Below the pieces are notes generated by a model that saw nothing but the letters and a program-made list of their open reading frames with translations, had not been told where the DNA came from and did no database searches. A program made the position numbers and the translations under genes. A stretch of DNA of 64,000 nucleotides from NCBI RefSeq assembly GCF_006345805.1, contig NC_042999.1:2108001-2172000 (forward strand), read 5' to 3'. Below are positions 13,344-25,762 of this stretch, one piece after another (position 1 is the stretch's first letter; each line of letters opens with the position of its first letter). The stretch comes from Octopus sinensis. Taxonomy: Eukaryota.

Positions 13344-13440
13344 CCAGGGTAAGCACATAGATGTGAAACAATGAAACAAGGAGGGAAAAATAGTACTCGA
13401 ATACCAGAGATAGAGTAATATGCTTTATTAAAATGCAGCG

Positions 13441-13559
13441 AAAATATCACAAAAACTGTTACTCAGTGTTTCATGATCTTGCACATCAGACAGTTTCATT
13501 TAGAAACTCTCCAACGAGTGGGAACATGAAACTCTGAGTAACAGTTTTTGTGATATTTT
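13441..13559. repeat. Inverted repeat (35-bp arms, 1 mismatch) made of two head-to-head hammerhead-like relics
   Basis: aaaatatcacaaaaactgttactcagtgtttcatg / catgaaactctgagtaacagtttttgtgatatttt; see findings. Confidence 0.8.
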
Positions 13560-13567
13560 ACTAAAGT

Positions 13568-13610
<43 letters not shown>

Positions 13611-13611
13611 T

Positions 13612-13885
13612 ATCATCATCATCATCATCATTTAGCATCCGCTTTCCATGCTAGCATGGGTTGGACGGTTCAACTGGGGTCTGGGAAGCTAGAAGGCTGC
13701 ACCAGGCCCAGTCTGATATGGCAGTGTTTCTACGGCTGGATGCCCTTCCTAACACCAACCACTCCGTGAGTGTAGTGGGTGCTTTTTACGTGCCACCGGC
13801 ACGGAGGCCAGTCGGGGCGGCGCTGGCAATGACCATGATCGGATGGTTCGTTTACTTGTCACCAGCACTGGTATCACAGCTGCAA
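13612..13885 (-). mobile_element. SINE-C
   Basis: (CAT)n tail, conserved 3' block and one internal module. Confidence 0.8.
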
Positions 13886-14339
13886 TTTCCATTGCTGTTG
13901 ATCGACTCTCTCTTTTCTATTTTCCTGTTTTCAAAAAAATATTTCTCCAGCATTCGCTATTTTCCTCTCGTTCTGGTCTAACGACCCTCCATGTTTATTT
14001 TCATTCAGTTTCCTTGTATGTCTCCACTGTCATTCTTTTGTTCCCAAATTTGACCCTCCATATTTCCTAAATTTTATTTTAGAATTTATGGGAGCAACTG
14101 TCTTTGAAGACTCATATTGTCGTTTGAATGCTCAAAATGAGGAGTAGATAGACAGCCGACAACTGATCAAGGGTTCTTTCTGTGTTTACTTCTCCAGTTT
14201 TCCATTTTTTTCCTCGTTTATGTATTTCCCTCAGTTTTCCCTCATTTGTTTACACTTTTCACGTTTTTCGCACCATTGGTATCATCCTGTCCCCATACAT
14301 GCATGTATATATATATGTATATTATATCATTTTATTTAT

Positions 14340-14611
14340 TCTCTCTCTCTAACCGCTCAGTCGAAGTCGACTCTCAGTCACTCTTTGGATCAGTGTCCTC
14401 CAGTCAGTTCTATCCTGGGCCGCTTCTTTCAGACTGGCCATGTCCATTCCAGTATCACTCCTGATGGTGTCAAGCCAGCGGGTTTTTGGTCAGCCTCTTC
14501 CTCTCTTGCCACTGACTATTCCGAGCATGATGTCCTTCTCCAGGGATTCTCTCCGCATAATATGACCGAAATATGCCAATCTACGCTTGGTGATCCCAGC
14601 TTCTAGCAACA
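14340..14611 (-). mobile_element. RTE-clade (BovB-like) LINE 3' end
   Basis: Minus translation KRRLAYFGHIMRRESLEKDIMLGIVSGKRGRG*PKTRWLDTIRSDTGMDMASLKEAAQDRTDWRTLIQRVTESRLRLSG*, a typical RTE ORF C-terminus, followed by a short (GA)n tail. Confidence 0.9.
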
Positions 14612-16292
14612 TTTTATTTATTAGGGAATAAAAATTCTGGCATCACAGGGATTTCATATAAAATGAATTATTCTCGATAAGGAGATATATGTTATTTAGA
14701 GATAGAAGTCCCCATGCAATTCACCAAATCCTAATAGACATCACACCATATCATAGAATTTTATTTTAATACTTATCATTTCTAAATTTCTCTTCTACAC
14801 GTGTTTCATGAGGTGCGTTTAATGTTCGCGAGACCCTCAGTCTTTTTCAGAAACATATCTTAACTGCAACCCTAATCATCAGAACTCTCCATAACTTTTT
14901 TATAATTCAATAACAATTTCTATATTTTAATATTTTAACAGTTACAAATGTAATTAACAGACAAATATGTGTATGTGCAAATAAATTCGCCGAACCTCAC
15001 TGTGCAAGCCATAATTTAATTGATTAAAAATTTAAAATTTACACAACTAAATATTTGGTTGGAGATCTCTGAAAGAGGTCTCAGGGAGTAGTGTCCCTGC
15101 CTTCCTGAGCTAGTTTTCCACTACATTTCTTAAAAATCATGGTAGAGACCTTAGTCTTGGGACCACTCATATCTAGAAACTGAGGTTGGGGGGTAAGCAA
15201 GGGCATGATCCCTGTAGAAAATCCAGCTCTGAAAAAGCCTCATGACAATAGCAAAAGAGCATGGGCAACCTTACACAACCTATTCACTCAGCCAGAACCT
15301 AAGCAAAATATGGAAAAGCAGAGATTAAGAAGGCAGACATGGTTAAAGTTAGGTTTATCAGTTTCAGTGATGTAATTTACCACTTTTACCATTTAAATGG
15401 TAATGCAAGTTGCAGCGGCATATTCCGTATCCGCTTCATTAGCACATGCAAGTCTGGAAACCAAGTATTTTATGTTGGAAAACTGGCCACATTATTCAGA
15501 GTTTTAATTTTAATACAGTTAAGAGTTATTTCCTTTGTTACTTTTGATAAAAATTATCATTAACACTAATGATTTTTTTTCTTGCATCACACTTGAAATT
15601 TTAGTTGATTAAAAGGATTTTATTTCACATTCTATGCTATCCCATATTTAATTATATTTTGTTTTTATTTTCTCCTTGGTAACATAATTATGCTAGCTTT
15701 AGTTTGTTTGATAAAAACAGGTTCTATGCATTCTTCACAGTTAAATGGTTAGCAATAGTGAAACCATTCACCAGTAAAAACAATTACTGCTCGAATATAA
15801 AATCCTATGAGACAACACAAACGTGGAAAACTGACAAAGAAAAAGTTTAAATTAAAAATGAACAGAAAATAGCAGAAAAAATTGTCTTTCTGGAATTAGT
15901 AGAATGTTTAAAATGAAAGTAATAGCCTTGAAGAGCTTTGAAAGAGTATATACATACTGGAGTCTGAAGGTAAATGGTGTATAATAGGAATAAATCTATT
16001 GTCTTTATCTTTTACCTGTTTCAATTATTAGACTGCAGCCATGCTGGAGCACTGTCTGGAAGACTTTTAGTTGAATGAGCTGACACCAGTACCTGTTATG
16101 TTGTAAGCTTTCTACTTATTTTGCTAGTATCTTTTGCTGAACTGCTAAGTTACAGAGACATAACATACCAACACTGGTTATGAAGTGCTGGTGGTGATGG
16201 TGGTGGTGGAAACACAGGCACAATGACATGTATACACACATATATATATGTATATAGGCACTCCTGCGCCTATATATATATACATATATATA

Positions 16293-16454
16293 GGCACAGG
16301 AGTGGCTGTGTGGTAAGTAGCTTGCTTACCAACCACATGGTTCCGGGTTCAGTCCCACTGCATGGCACCTTGAGCAAGTATCTCCTAGTATAACCTCAGG
16401 CCGACCAGAGCTTTGTGAGTGGATATCATAGACGGAAACTGAAAGAAACCCGTC

Positions 16455-16522
<68 letters not shown>

Positions 16523-16662
16523 GTGTGTGTGTGCTTGTTTGTGTGTCTGTGTTTGTCCCCTCGCCCTAACATCGCTTGACATCCAATGCTGGTGTGTGTA
16601 TGTCCCTGTAACTTAGCGGTTTGGCATTAAGCAACTGATAGAATAAGTGCTAGGCTTACAAA
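16293..16662 (+). mobile_element. SINE-A, 3'-truncated
   Basis: taggcacaggagtggctgtgtggtaagtagcttgc.. head and body. Confidence 0.85.
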
Positions 16663-16718
16663 GAATGTATATATATGCCTCACCCATGCCAGCATGGAAG
16701 GCAGGTATTAAATGATGA

Positions 16719-16771
<53 letters not shown>

Positions 16772-17092
16772 GTATATATAATCGTTGTCATCATCACACC
16801 ATCATCACTTTACAACCATCATGTGATGTCAAGGCATATGTGCTTATATACCTGACAGGCTTCATTCAGTTTCCATCGACCAAATCATCTCACAGGGCTT
16901 TGGGCAGCCCAGTACTGTATTAGAAGGCATTTGGCGAAGGTGCCACACAGTAGGACTGAACCTGGAATCGTGAATCTGGAAAGCAAAAGACCATTCACCA
17001 CAGAGCCATGCCAACACTTATGTATACATACATATATATATATGTGTGTGTGTGTGGTGTATGTATATATATATTATGTATATATATATATA

Positions 17093-17163
<71 letters not shown>

Positions 17164-17455
17164 CACATATATATATATGTATGTTTATATGTATATACAC
17201 ATACACATATGGCTAAAACTTTAAAGTCACTGTCAGTGATATTCCTGTCTAAGAATAATAAATTTGTACAAAAGTGTAAAATAACCTGTGTAAAATTCTA
17301 TTCATTATAACTGCACATTAAAACAAACATTAAGATACACACACACACACACACACACACATAGACGCTCATGCACACACACACACATATATCCTCTAAA
17401 ATATATATAACTAGATAGACAGACAGATAGATAGATAGATACATACATGTATACA

Positions 17456-17489
<34 letters not shown>

Positions 17490-17879
17490 CATACATACAT
17501 ACATACATACATAAATACATGGTTGCATAGAGGTTTGTGTGTGTGTGTACTATACCGATCTGTTGTCTGTTTTATGTCTTGTATAGCTTTTATTATGATA
17601 TAACACTCACTAAATAATGTAGTGTTTAGTACAATGTGTATGAAGCTAGTCTTGAACATAAATTGCACATCGACACGTTGCTGTATTCTGTCCCCAGAGC
17701 TCCTTTAAGTGTATTTATTGAATCAGTCACAAACGTCCCTTTATATATGATATACATGGTTGAAGAATTCATGAGAGAATTGGCAAAGTAGTTAAAAACT
17801 CGGCAGAGTTTGGCTTCAATTAAAAGTAACGAAATGGAAATATGGATAAAGCTACATAATTAAAGAGTAGTCATGTAAG

Positions 17880-18420
17880 AGGGTGGAACACAATAAGTTG
17901 CAAAAGCTTTGGAGTGTGGAAACCTTGTTATGTATGCTTGGACCATTGCATTCATTGCGGACAATAACTACACAAGATTAGAAGTTGATTTACAAATTTA
18001 CATGAAGCTAAATGCAAACAGTATTATTCAGAAATGAAATTAAAGCCTTGAAGCAGCTGCGATGACTCATTCGATGTAATAGGTGGTATTTTGTTACCTA
18101 GGTGACATAATTTGTGCTGCAGTTAGAAAGAAACAAATGTAAAGCCGCTAGGATTCCTGTTGGCACAAGGAGAATAAGGTTAAGAAAATTGATTCTGCTA
18201 CTGGCAACAAAAGACTTCTCAGCTTTATGTAAAAGCCATGTGTAAATGATTTGCAAATTTGTAAGTACAGTATTGCAAAACCATAAACCAGTGGCATAGA
18301 ATGTATGGCCATTTTTCATCAATTAGAGAGGACAGACTGGAATATGTTCCATTGGATGCAAAACAGGAACCTACATGAAAGATTAAGTGCTAGTCAGGTA
18401 AGAACATGACTATACAATAC
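17880..18420 (+). mobile_element. Possible highly decayed BEL/Pao LTR-retrotransposon pol fragment
   Basis: Broken frames LQKLWSVE, NKRLLSFM*KP..KYS..SGIE and RLEYVP loosely recall the BEL pre-RT region. Weak and by eye only. Confidence 0.25.
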
Positions 18421-18774
18421 TGTGTTAGCCAATTCCTGTGAAGAAGACAATGGTTGAGTTATTGATGTAAAATTCTAGTGTTTGCTTCAGGAAAAACGTT
18501 TGTTGGGTTAATGGTGAGAAGTATCTCTGGTTGGTGTTTGTGGGAAGAAAATTAAGAACGAGGTAATTAGTTTAGAAGGGCTGTTGTTTTAGTTGGCTGC
18601 CTGTCGACCCTAGATTAGTTTGTAAAATAGGTATAAATAAATGAATTATGATAATTATGATGAAAGAAAAGGGATATATGCACATTGTGTGTGTGTGTTT
18701 GTGTATATGCATATATATGCATATGTGTGTGTGTGTGTGTGTGTGGTGTGTGTGTGTGTGTGTGAGTGTGTATG

Positions 18775-18898
18775 TAGATAGATAGATAGGTAGATAGATA
18801 GATAGGTAGGTAAGCAGGTAGGTAGGTAGGTAGGTAGATAGATAGATAGATAGGTAGATAGATAGATAGGTAGGTAAGCAGGTAGGTAGGTAGGTAGG

Positions 18899-18938
<40 letters not shown>

Positions 18939-19070
18939 CATATATATATAGAGAGAGATAGATAGATAGATAGATAGATAGATAGGTAGATAGACATATA
19001 TATATATAGATAGATAGATAGATAGATAGATAGATGGACAGATAGATAGATAGACAGACAGATAGATAAA
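18775..19070. repeat. (GATA)n/(GGTA)n compound microsatellite
   Basis: Direct reading. Confidence 0.95.
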
Positions 19071-19073
19071 TAA

Positions 19074-19438
19074 GAGTGGCTGTGTGGTAAGAAGCTTGTT
19101 TCCCAACCACATGGTTCCTGGTTCAGGCCCATTGTGTGGCACCTTGGGCAAGTGTCTTCTACTATAGCCTTGTGAATCAATTTGGTAGATGGAAACTGAA
19201 AGATGCCCATTGTGTATGTGTGTGTGAGTGTGTTTGTGTGTCTGTGTTTGTCCCCCACCATTGCTTGACAATGTTGGTGTGTTTACGCCCCAGTAATTTA
19301 GTGGTTCGGCAAAAATGATTGATATAATAAGTACTAAACTTACAAAGAATACGTCCGGGGGACGATTAGTTCGACTGAAGGAGGTGCTCCAGCATGGCTG
19401 CAGTCAAATGACTGAAACAAGTAAAAGAATAAAGGAAT
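19074..19438 (+). mobile_element. SINE-A, full length
   Basis: Head, body and ..gactgaaacaagtaaaagaata tail. Confidence 0.85.
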
Positions 19439-19550
19439 ATATCATTATCATCTTCAGAGAAAGAGAAAGAAGAGATACGTATTTATATATGTGTGTGTAT
19501 ATATATATGTTTATGAGTATACATGTATATATATATGTATATATATATAT

Positions 19551-19581
<31 letters not shown>

Positions 19582-19819
19582 TATAGGTAGATAGATAGAT
19601 AGATATATTCTTTTATTTGTTTCAGTCATTTGACTGTGGCTATGCTGGAGCACCACTATAATCGAAGAAATTGACCCCAGGACTTATTGTATTGGTCTCT
19701 ATTGTTGAACCATTAAGTTTCAAGGACATAAACATACCAACATTGGTTGTCAAGTGATGGCAGGGGGATAAACACACACACACATATATATATATATATA
19801 TGCATATATATATGTTTAA

Positions 19820-20047
19820 AGGGTAAAGACCCCCTTCGGTCATGAATGACCATGGGATTGCACCTAGAAAGTTACCCTCCTAGACACAAGTCCGGGCAAG
19901 GTTGTTTATGGAAGACCAGCAGTCGCCCATGCATACCAGCCTCCCCTCTCCACGCCACCAGTGTTATCCAAGGGAAAGACAAAGGTCGATACAGCTTGGC
20001 ACCAGTGACGTCGCAACTCATTTCTACAGCTGAGTGAACTAGAGCAA

Positions 20048-20050
<3 letters not shown>
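19820..20050 (-). mobile_element. SINE-F, 5'-truncated
   Basis: Minus strand ..ttcactcagctgtagaaatgagt..catggtcattcatgaccgaagggggtctttaccc; shares the cactcagctg block with SINE-E. Confidence 0.6.
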
Positions 20051-20081
<31 letters not shown>

Positions 20082-20132
20082 ACATATATATATATATATA
20101 TATAGATATATATATATATATATATACATATA

Positions 20133-20334
<202 letters not shown>

Positions 20335-20586
20335 TCTCTAATTTGTAGTATTAATTTACGGTAATATTATTACCTTTACCCATATAATGCAATAGATGAA
20401 CTGATTGTTGACAATTTTTAACATCTATGTTTTAATTTTGTTGGGTACCTATCTAGCAGTATATTGGATATATATTATCCCATGGTGGGTTGAATTTTCA
20501 ACCCCTATCTCATTTTATAATATATATATGTATGTATATATGTATGTATGTATGCGCACACACACATATATGTATATATATATATC

Positions 20587-20618
<32 letters not shown>

Positions 20619-21409
20619 CACAACACACAACGGGCTTCCTTCAGTTTTTGTCTACCAAATTCAGTCATAGCCTTTGGTCGAGGCTACAGTAGAAGACTCT
20701 TACCCATGATGTTACACAGTGAGACTGAACCTGGAACCATGTGGTTGGGAAGCAAACTTCTTACCACACAACCACTCCTGTGCCTATATATATCTATCTA
20801 TATATATATATATTTATATATATATATATATTTATACGCACACAAACACACACATGTATACACACATATAAATGAACATAACCAAACATTTACACATGTG
20901 CATTATATTGTACTTCATTCACTGTCTCATGCACACACACTCACACACACACACACACACACACACACGCATATGTATATATATATAAAACCTAAATACA
21001 TTAGTTAGATTCTGAAGTTGTGAATCTGTAGACTGCACCAAGTCATCCGGCTGACTACCTACCTATGTGGTGCCATAGGTCAGCCCAATCAGAACTGACC
21101 CGGGGTTATACAACAACAGCAGCAGCAAAAACAACAACAACGACGCCATTAGTAACACCATCAGGACCAACAATAATGCCACCACCACCACCACCACCAC
21201 CACCACCACCACCATCAGAGCACCAACCAACAACCAACAACACCAACCATCGAAACGATCACAATTCAAATTTATGATGCAAATTTTTCTCAAAACATGC
21301 ATAAATGCACTCATACATGCACACATATGAAGTAATATACATATTTATACACACACATATATACATACATATATACATATATATATACACGTATATATAT
21401 ATATATACA

Positions 21410-21460
<51 letters not shown>

Positions 21461-21623
21461 TATTATATACGCATATATATATATTAAATTAGAGATAAAA
21501 CCACTATTAGGCAAATCATATATATATATACACACATATATACACATATATATATACACACACACATATATACACATATATATACACACACACATATATA
21601 CATATATATATATACACACACAC

Positions 21624-21654
<31 letters not shown>

Positions 21655-22104
21655 TATGTATATATATATATATATATACACACACATATATACAATCATA
21701 TAACCAGATCTTTTCAGCCACAAACAAGTAATCATTTTCTTTACATCTGTTTCTCCATCCATTCAACATAGAGGCAGAGAGAGAGAAACAGAGAGAGAGA
21801 GAGAGAGACGATGCTACAAATATATCTTTATTAGCTTCAAAGTATAAAACCTACTCCAGCTTTGCTTGTTTCACTGCTTAATTTCATTTCATCTGCTTTG
21901 ATCGTAGTCGTGAGGGTTATTTCACAAGACATTGATTGTTACTTGTTTCTTCTTTCGATGCCATGAACCACATTATTCCTCGGCTCTAAATAACAAACTT
22001 CACAGATCAATGAACTATAATCTACAATGAAACTCAATGAGCCTTCAGTGTGCATTTGTCACGCTACTAGTGTTCACCATTAAACACAACAGACACACAC
22101 CATA

Positions 22105-22174
<70 letters not shown>

Positions 22175-22435
22175 ATTATTATTAATATTAGTATTAGCAT
22201 TGGTGAGCCGGTAGAATTGTTAGCACACTGGACAAGATGCTTTGCTGTATTTTGCCTGTCAGGACGTTCTGATTTCAAGTTCCGCTGGGGTTCAATTTGC
22301 CTTTCATCTTTTCGGGGTTGATAAATTAAGTACCAGTGAAATGCTGGTGTTGATGTAATCAACTGGACCCCTTCCCCCAAATTTCAGGCCTTGTATCTAG
22401 AGTAGGAAGGATTATTACCTTTATTATTATCATCA

Positions 22436-22449
<14 letters not shown>

Positions 22450-22466
<17 letters not shown>

Positions 22467-22905
22467 GTTAGAGAGCATTGCATGTCATCCAAGTGACACT
22501 GGGGTACAAATATATGAAGCCCAGTATTACCCATTTAATATGGTTACACCAGGTACATGCATCACAACCATATGTGCATAACATGGTGATCTCATATCAA
22601 GATAAACAGTGCATGACCTTGCAGGTGAGGCCAAGTTAGAATTTCATTAGGTTGAGTGGCGCATGCCACTCAAAAGGTCCCTGAAAAATGGTTGTTTAAG
22701 GATGTTGAACGAAACACCCATGATTCCAGGGGTGAATTATCCAAGAGTCAATTCCTCTCGACACATGGCTATGATGCTTCCCCACTACTCATGCTCATGA
22801 TCAGAGATGCACATATCGTCAGCCACTAAGGGACATAATCAACTGGTTAAGGTCAAACAACTGACAAGCAAATCTGTGGTATTGAGCAGAATATTTGCTG
22901 TAGCC
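22450..22905 (-). mobile_element. (AAT)n-tailed non-coding retroposon
   Basis: Same family as 29645-30060 (cacctgcaaggtcatg..ttatcttgatatgagatcaccatg..ccccagtgtcact). Confidence 0.7.
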
Positions 22906-23744
22906 CATCTTTTATTATTACTATTATTATTATTATTATTTGTATTTGAACAAGTTGACTCCAAGTCTCACCCAGCGACTTCAAGAGGCTACAAGTTAGA
23001 AGTCCATATTGGTGTTGTTATTATTATCATTATTATTATTACTATTATTACTATTATTACTATGACTATATCAGGGATGACATTATCCGATGTATAGTTA
23101 TTTAAGATAGTAAGTTATGATTTGAAGGAGATTTGGTTGCTACATCTAGCAGATTGCATGACCACATAGAGAGTCCAACAATGCAGATGCTCTTACACAA
23201 ATGTTCCACCATGTCCTGCTGTTCATGTTTCTTATACAGTTAAATACTAAATACTTCTGCATCACTTTATCTACTAAGCAGCTTAGTATTACTAATGAAG
23301 CATTGACTTCTAGTCATAATAACAAAAAAAAAAATGATTTAAAAGCCTGCCAAGTAACGTTGAAGATTAAATGAAAAACTGACTTTGTGGTATTTTTAAT
23401 TTGTCGTTAGACAAAGGAAATATTGAATATTTCTCTTGTAAATAAATGAAATAATTGCATCTGTTTGTTTTCAATTTTTTATCTTTTACTTGTTTCAGTG
23501 ATTAGACTATGGCCATGCTGGGGCACTGCCTTGAAGAAATTTTAGTCAAAGAAAGCGATCCTAGTACTCAAATTTTGTTTCTAAGCTTGGTACATAGTCT
23601 CTTGGTTTCTTTTTGCCGACCTAGGGATGTAAATGTACCATCACTGGTTGTCAAGCGGTAGTGGGGGACAAACACAGACACAAAGACACACATGCATAGA
23701 CATATATATATGTATATATGCATATATATATATATATACCTCTG

Positions 23745-23915
23745 GCTTCTCTTCTCGGGATCTTTCCTTCTCCTTTGTTTCCGACGAAGAGCTCCGCTCG
23801 AAATGTTAAACCCTCCTTCTTCCCTTTTTTCCTGAGCGTCCAATAATACTTTATTTGTTTCACGTCCTCGCGTTGCTGTGTTGTTTTGTGTTTTCTTGTT
23901 TGGATTAACTATATA
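23745..23915 (+). mobile_element. Short repeat with hammerhead-like motif (Penelope-type terminus?)
   Basis: gttt-CCGACGA-A-GAGC-tcc-GCTC-GAAA-TGT-T-aaac at 23777-23811. Loosely similar short repeats, without the motif, occur inverted at ~24160-24230 and ~58060-58150. Confidence 0.5.
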
Positions 23916-24244
23916 TATATAAAACCACTATTATGCAACTCAAACAGTGATAGACATAAACCAATACAAAAACAACCAATATATATATATATATATAATT
24001 TATAATTGCATAATAGTGGTTTTATCACTAATTTATATTTTATATATTTATACTGTGAAATTTGATTTAATACTAAATTGAATATTTCCCTGTAAGTTTG
24101 GAGTTATACTCCCTAATATCATTATGATATATATATATATATATATATATAGGGAGAGTTTACGAAAAAAACAAAAGACGAAGACAGGTGGTGTACAAAA
24201 CAAACAGATGTATTAGTATAACGCTCAATGTATATACACACATG

Positions 24245-24720
24245 TATCATCATCATCATTTAACGTCTGTTATTCATGCTGGCATGGGTTAGACGGTTTG
24301 ACCAAGGTTGGTAAGCTGAGAGGCTGCACCAGACTCCAGTCTGATTTGGCAGGGTGTCTATGGCTGGATGCTCTTCCTAATATCAACCACTCTGATAGTG
24401 TAATGGGTGCTTTTACGTACCACCAGCACAGGGGCTAGCTGTGTGACACCAGTATCTGCCATGACTACAACTTCACTCGGCTTCATGGGCCTTCTTCTCA
24501 GGCATGGCATATTATCAAAGGTCTCAGTCATTTGTCATTGCCTCCATGTGGCCCAGCGCTCGAAAGGTGCCTTTTATATGCCACAAGTACAGGTGACAGT
24601 TGTGCAACACTGGCATCAGCCACATTGTCTCTGTGAGGCCCAATGCTCAACAGGTGATTTTTACATGGCAGGGGCATAGATGCCAGAGGCCTTCGTGGGG
24701 CCCTACACTCTCTGAGAGGC
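24245..24720 (-). mobile_element. SINE-C with long variable interior
   Basis: (CAT)n tail, conserved 3' block and several internal modules. Confidence 0.7.
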
Positions 24721-25379
24721 CCAATGCTATTGGCTTCTTTAAGTTTCCATCTATCAAGTTGACTCACATGGGTTTGATCAGCCTGAGGTTATAGTAGAAG
24801 ACACTTGTCCAAGGTGCCATGCAGTGGGACTGAACCTAGAACCACGTGGTTGGAAAGCAAACTTCTTACACACAACCATGCCTGACACTATTTAATTATT
24901 GTATTTTTCTATGTTTGTATTTGGTTTGCAAAATTCTTGATGTGAATTCACGTACTGAAACATATTTTGTTGTATCTTGGGTGGGTCATTATGCCAATAA
25001 ACACACACACATATACTAGTTCCATTTCACTTCCTTTATTATGACTAGTAACTGAAGGCAGTGAGCTAGGAGAATCTTTAGTACACCAAAGAAAATAATT
25101 AGCAGCATGTCTTCATATTCTGAACTCAAATTCTGCCGAAGTCAGCTTTACCTTTCATCCTTTCAGGGTCAATGAAATAAGGACCAGTCAAGTACTGAGG
25201 CTGATGTAATTGATTTGCCCCTCCCCTCAAAAGCTACTTGCCTTATACCAAAGTTGGAAATCATTACTACTAGTCATCTATTTTGTCCTTAGTAAATCAA
25301 TTATCATCAATGTCAATTGACCTTTCCTTATCTCCTTAAATTCCAGCAATTATGTGTAATCATCAATCTTTTTAGTACC

Positions 25380-25762
25380 AACCTGCCCAAAATTGGCCCA
25401 AGACTGACCCAAACTGGCACAAGACTGGCCCCAAACTGGCCCATAACTGGCTCAAAACTGGCTCAAGACTGATACAAAGTAGGCCAATAACTGGCCCATA
25501 ACTGACCCAAGGCTGACACAAACTGGCCCAAGACTGGCTCTAGACTGATTCAAAACTGGCCCAAAACTGGTCAATAACTGACCCAAGATTGGCCCATAAC
25601 TGGCCCTAAACTGATCCAAAACTGGCCTATAACTGACCCCAAATTGGCTCATAACTGGCCCAAGACTGATCCAAAACTGGCCAATAACTGACCCAAAATT
25701 GGCCTGTAACTGGCCCAAGAATGATCCAAAACTGGCCAATAACTGACCCGAGATTGGCCCAA
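25380..25762. repeat. 11-bp minisatellite (AACTGGCCCAA) with 55-bp higher-order unit
   Basis: About 34 monomers; 5-mer units start at 25565, 25620, 25675 and 25730. Confidence 0.9.

Noticed and set aside
14785-14860. Minus-strand GAAAC-ACGTGT-A with palindromic stem III
   Set aside because: The upstream core is CTGAAAA plus extra bases and stem I has only about 3 bp; insufficient support.
15350-15830. Two minus-strand exon-like segments that could splice in frame (FPRLCCLIGFYIRAVIVFT / DLHVLMKRIRNMPLQLALPFK)
   Set aside because: Donor sites are weak, the peptide is unrecognised, and such signals are common by chance in AT-rich DNA.
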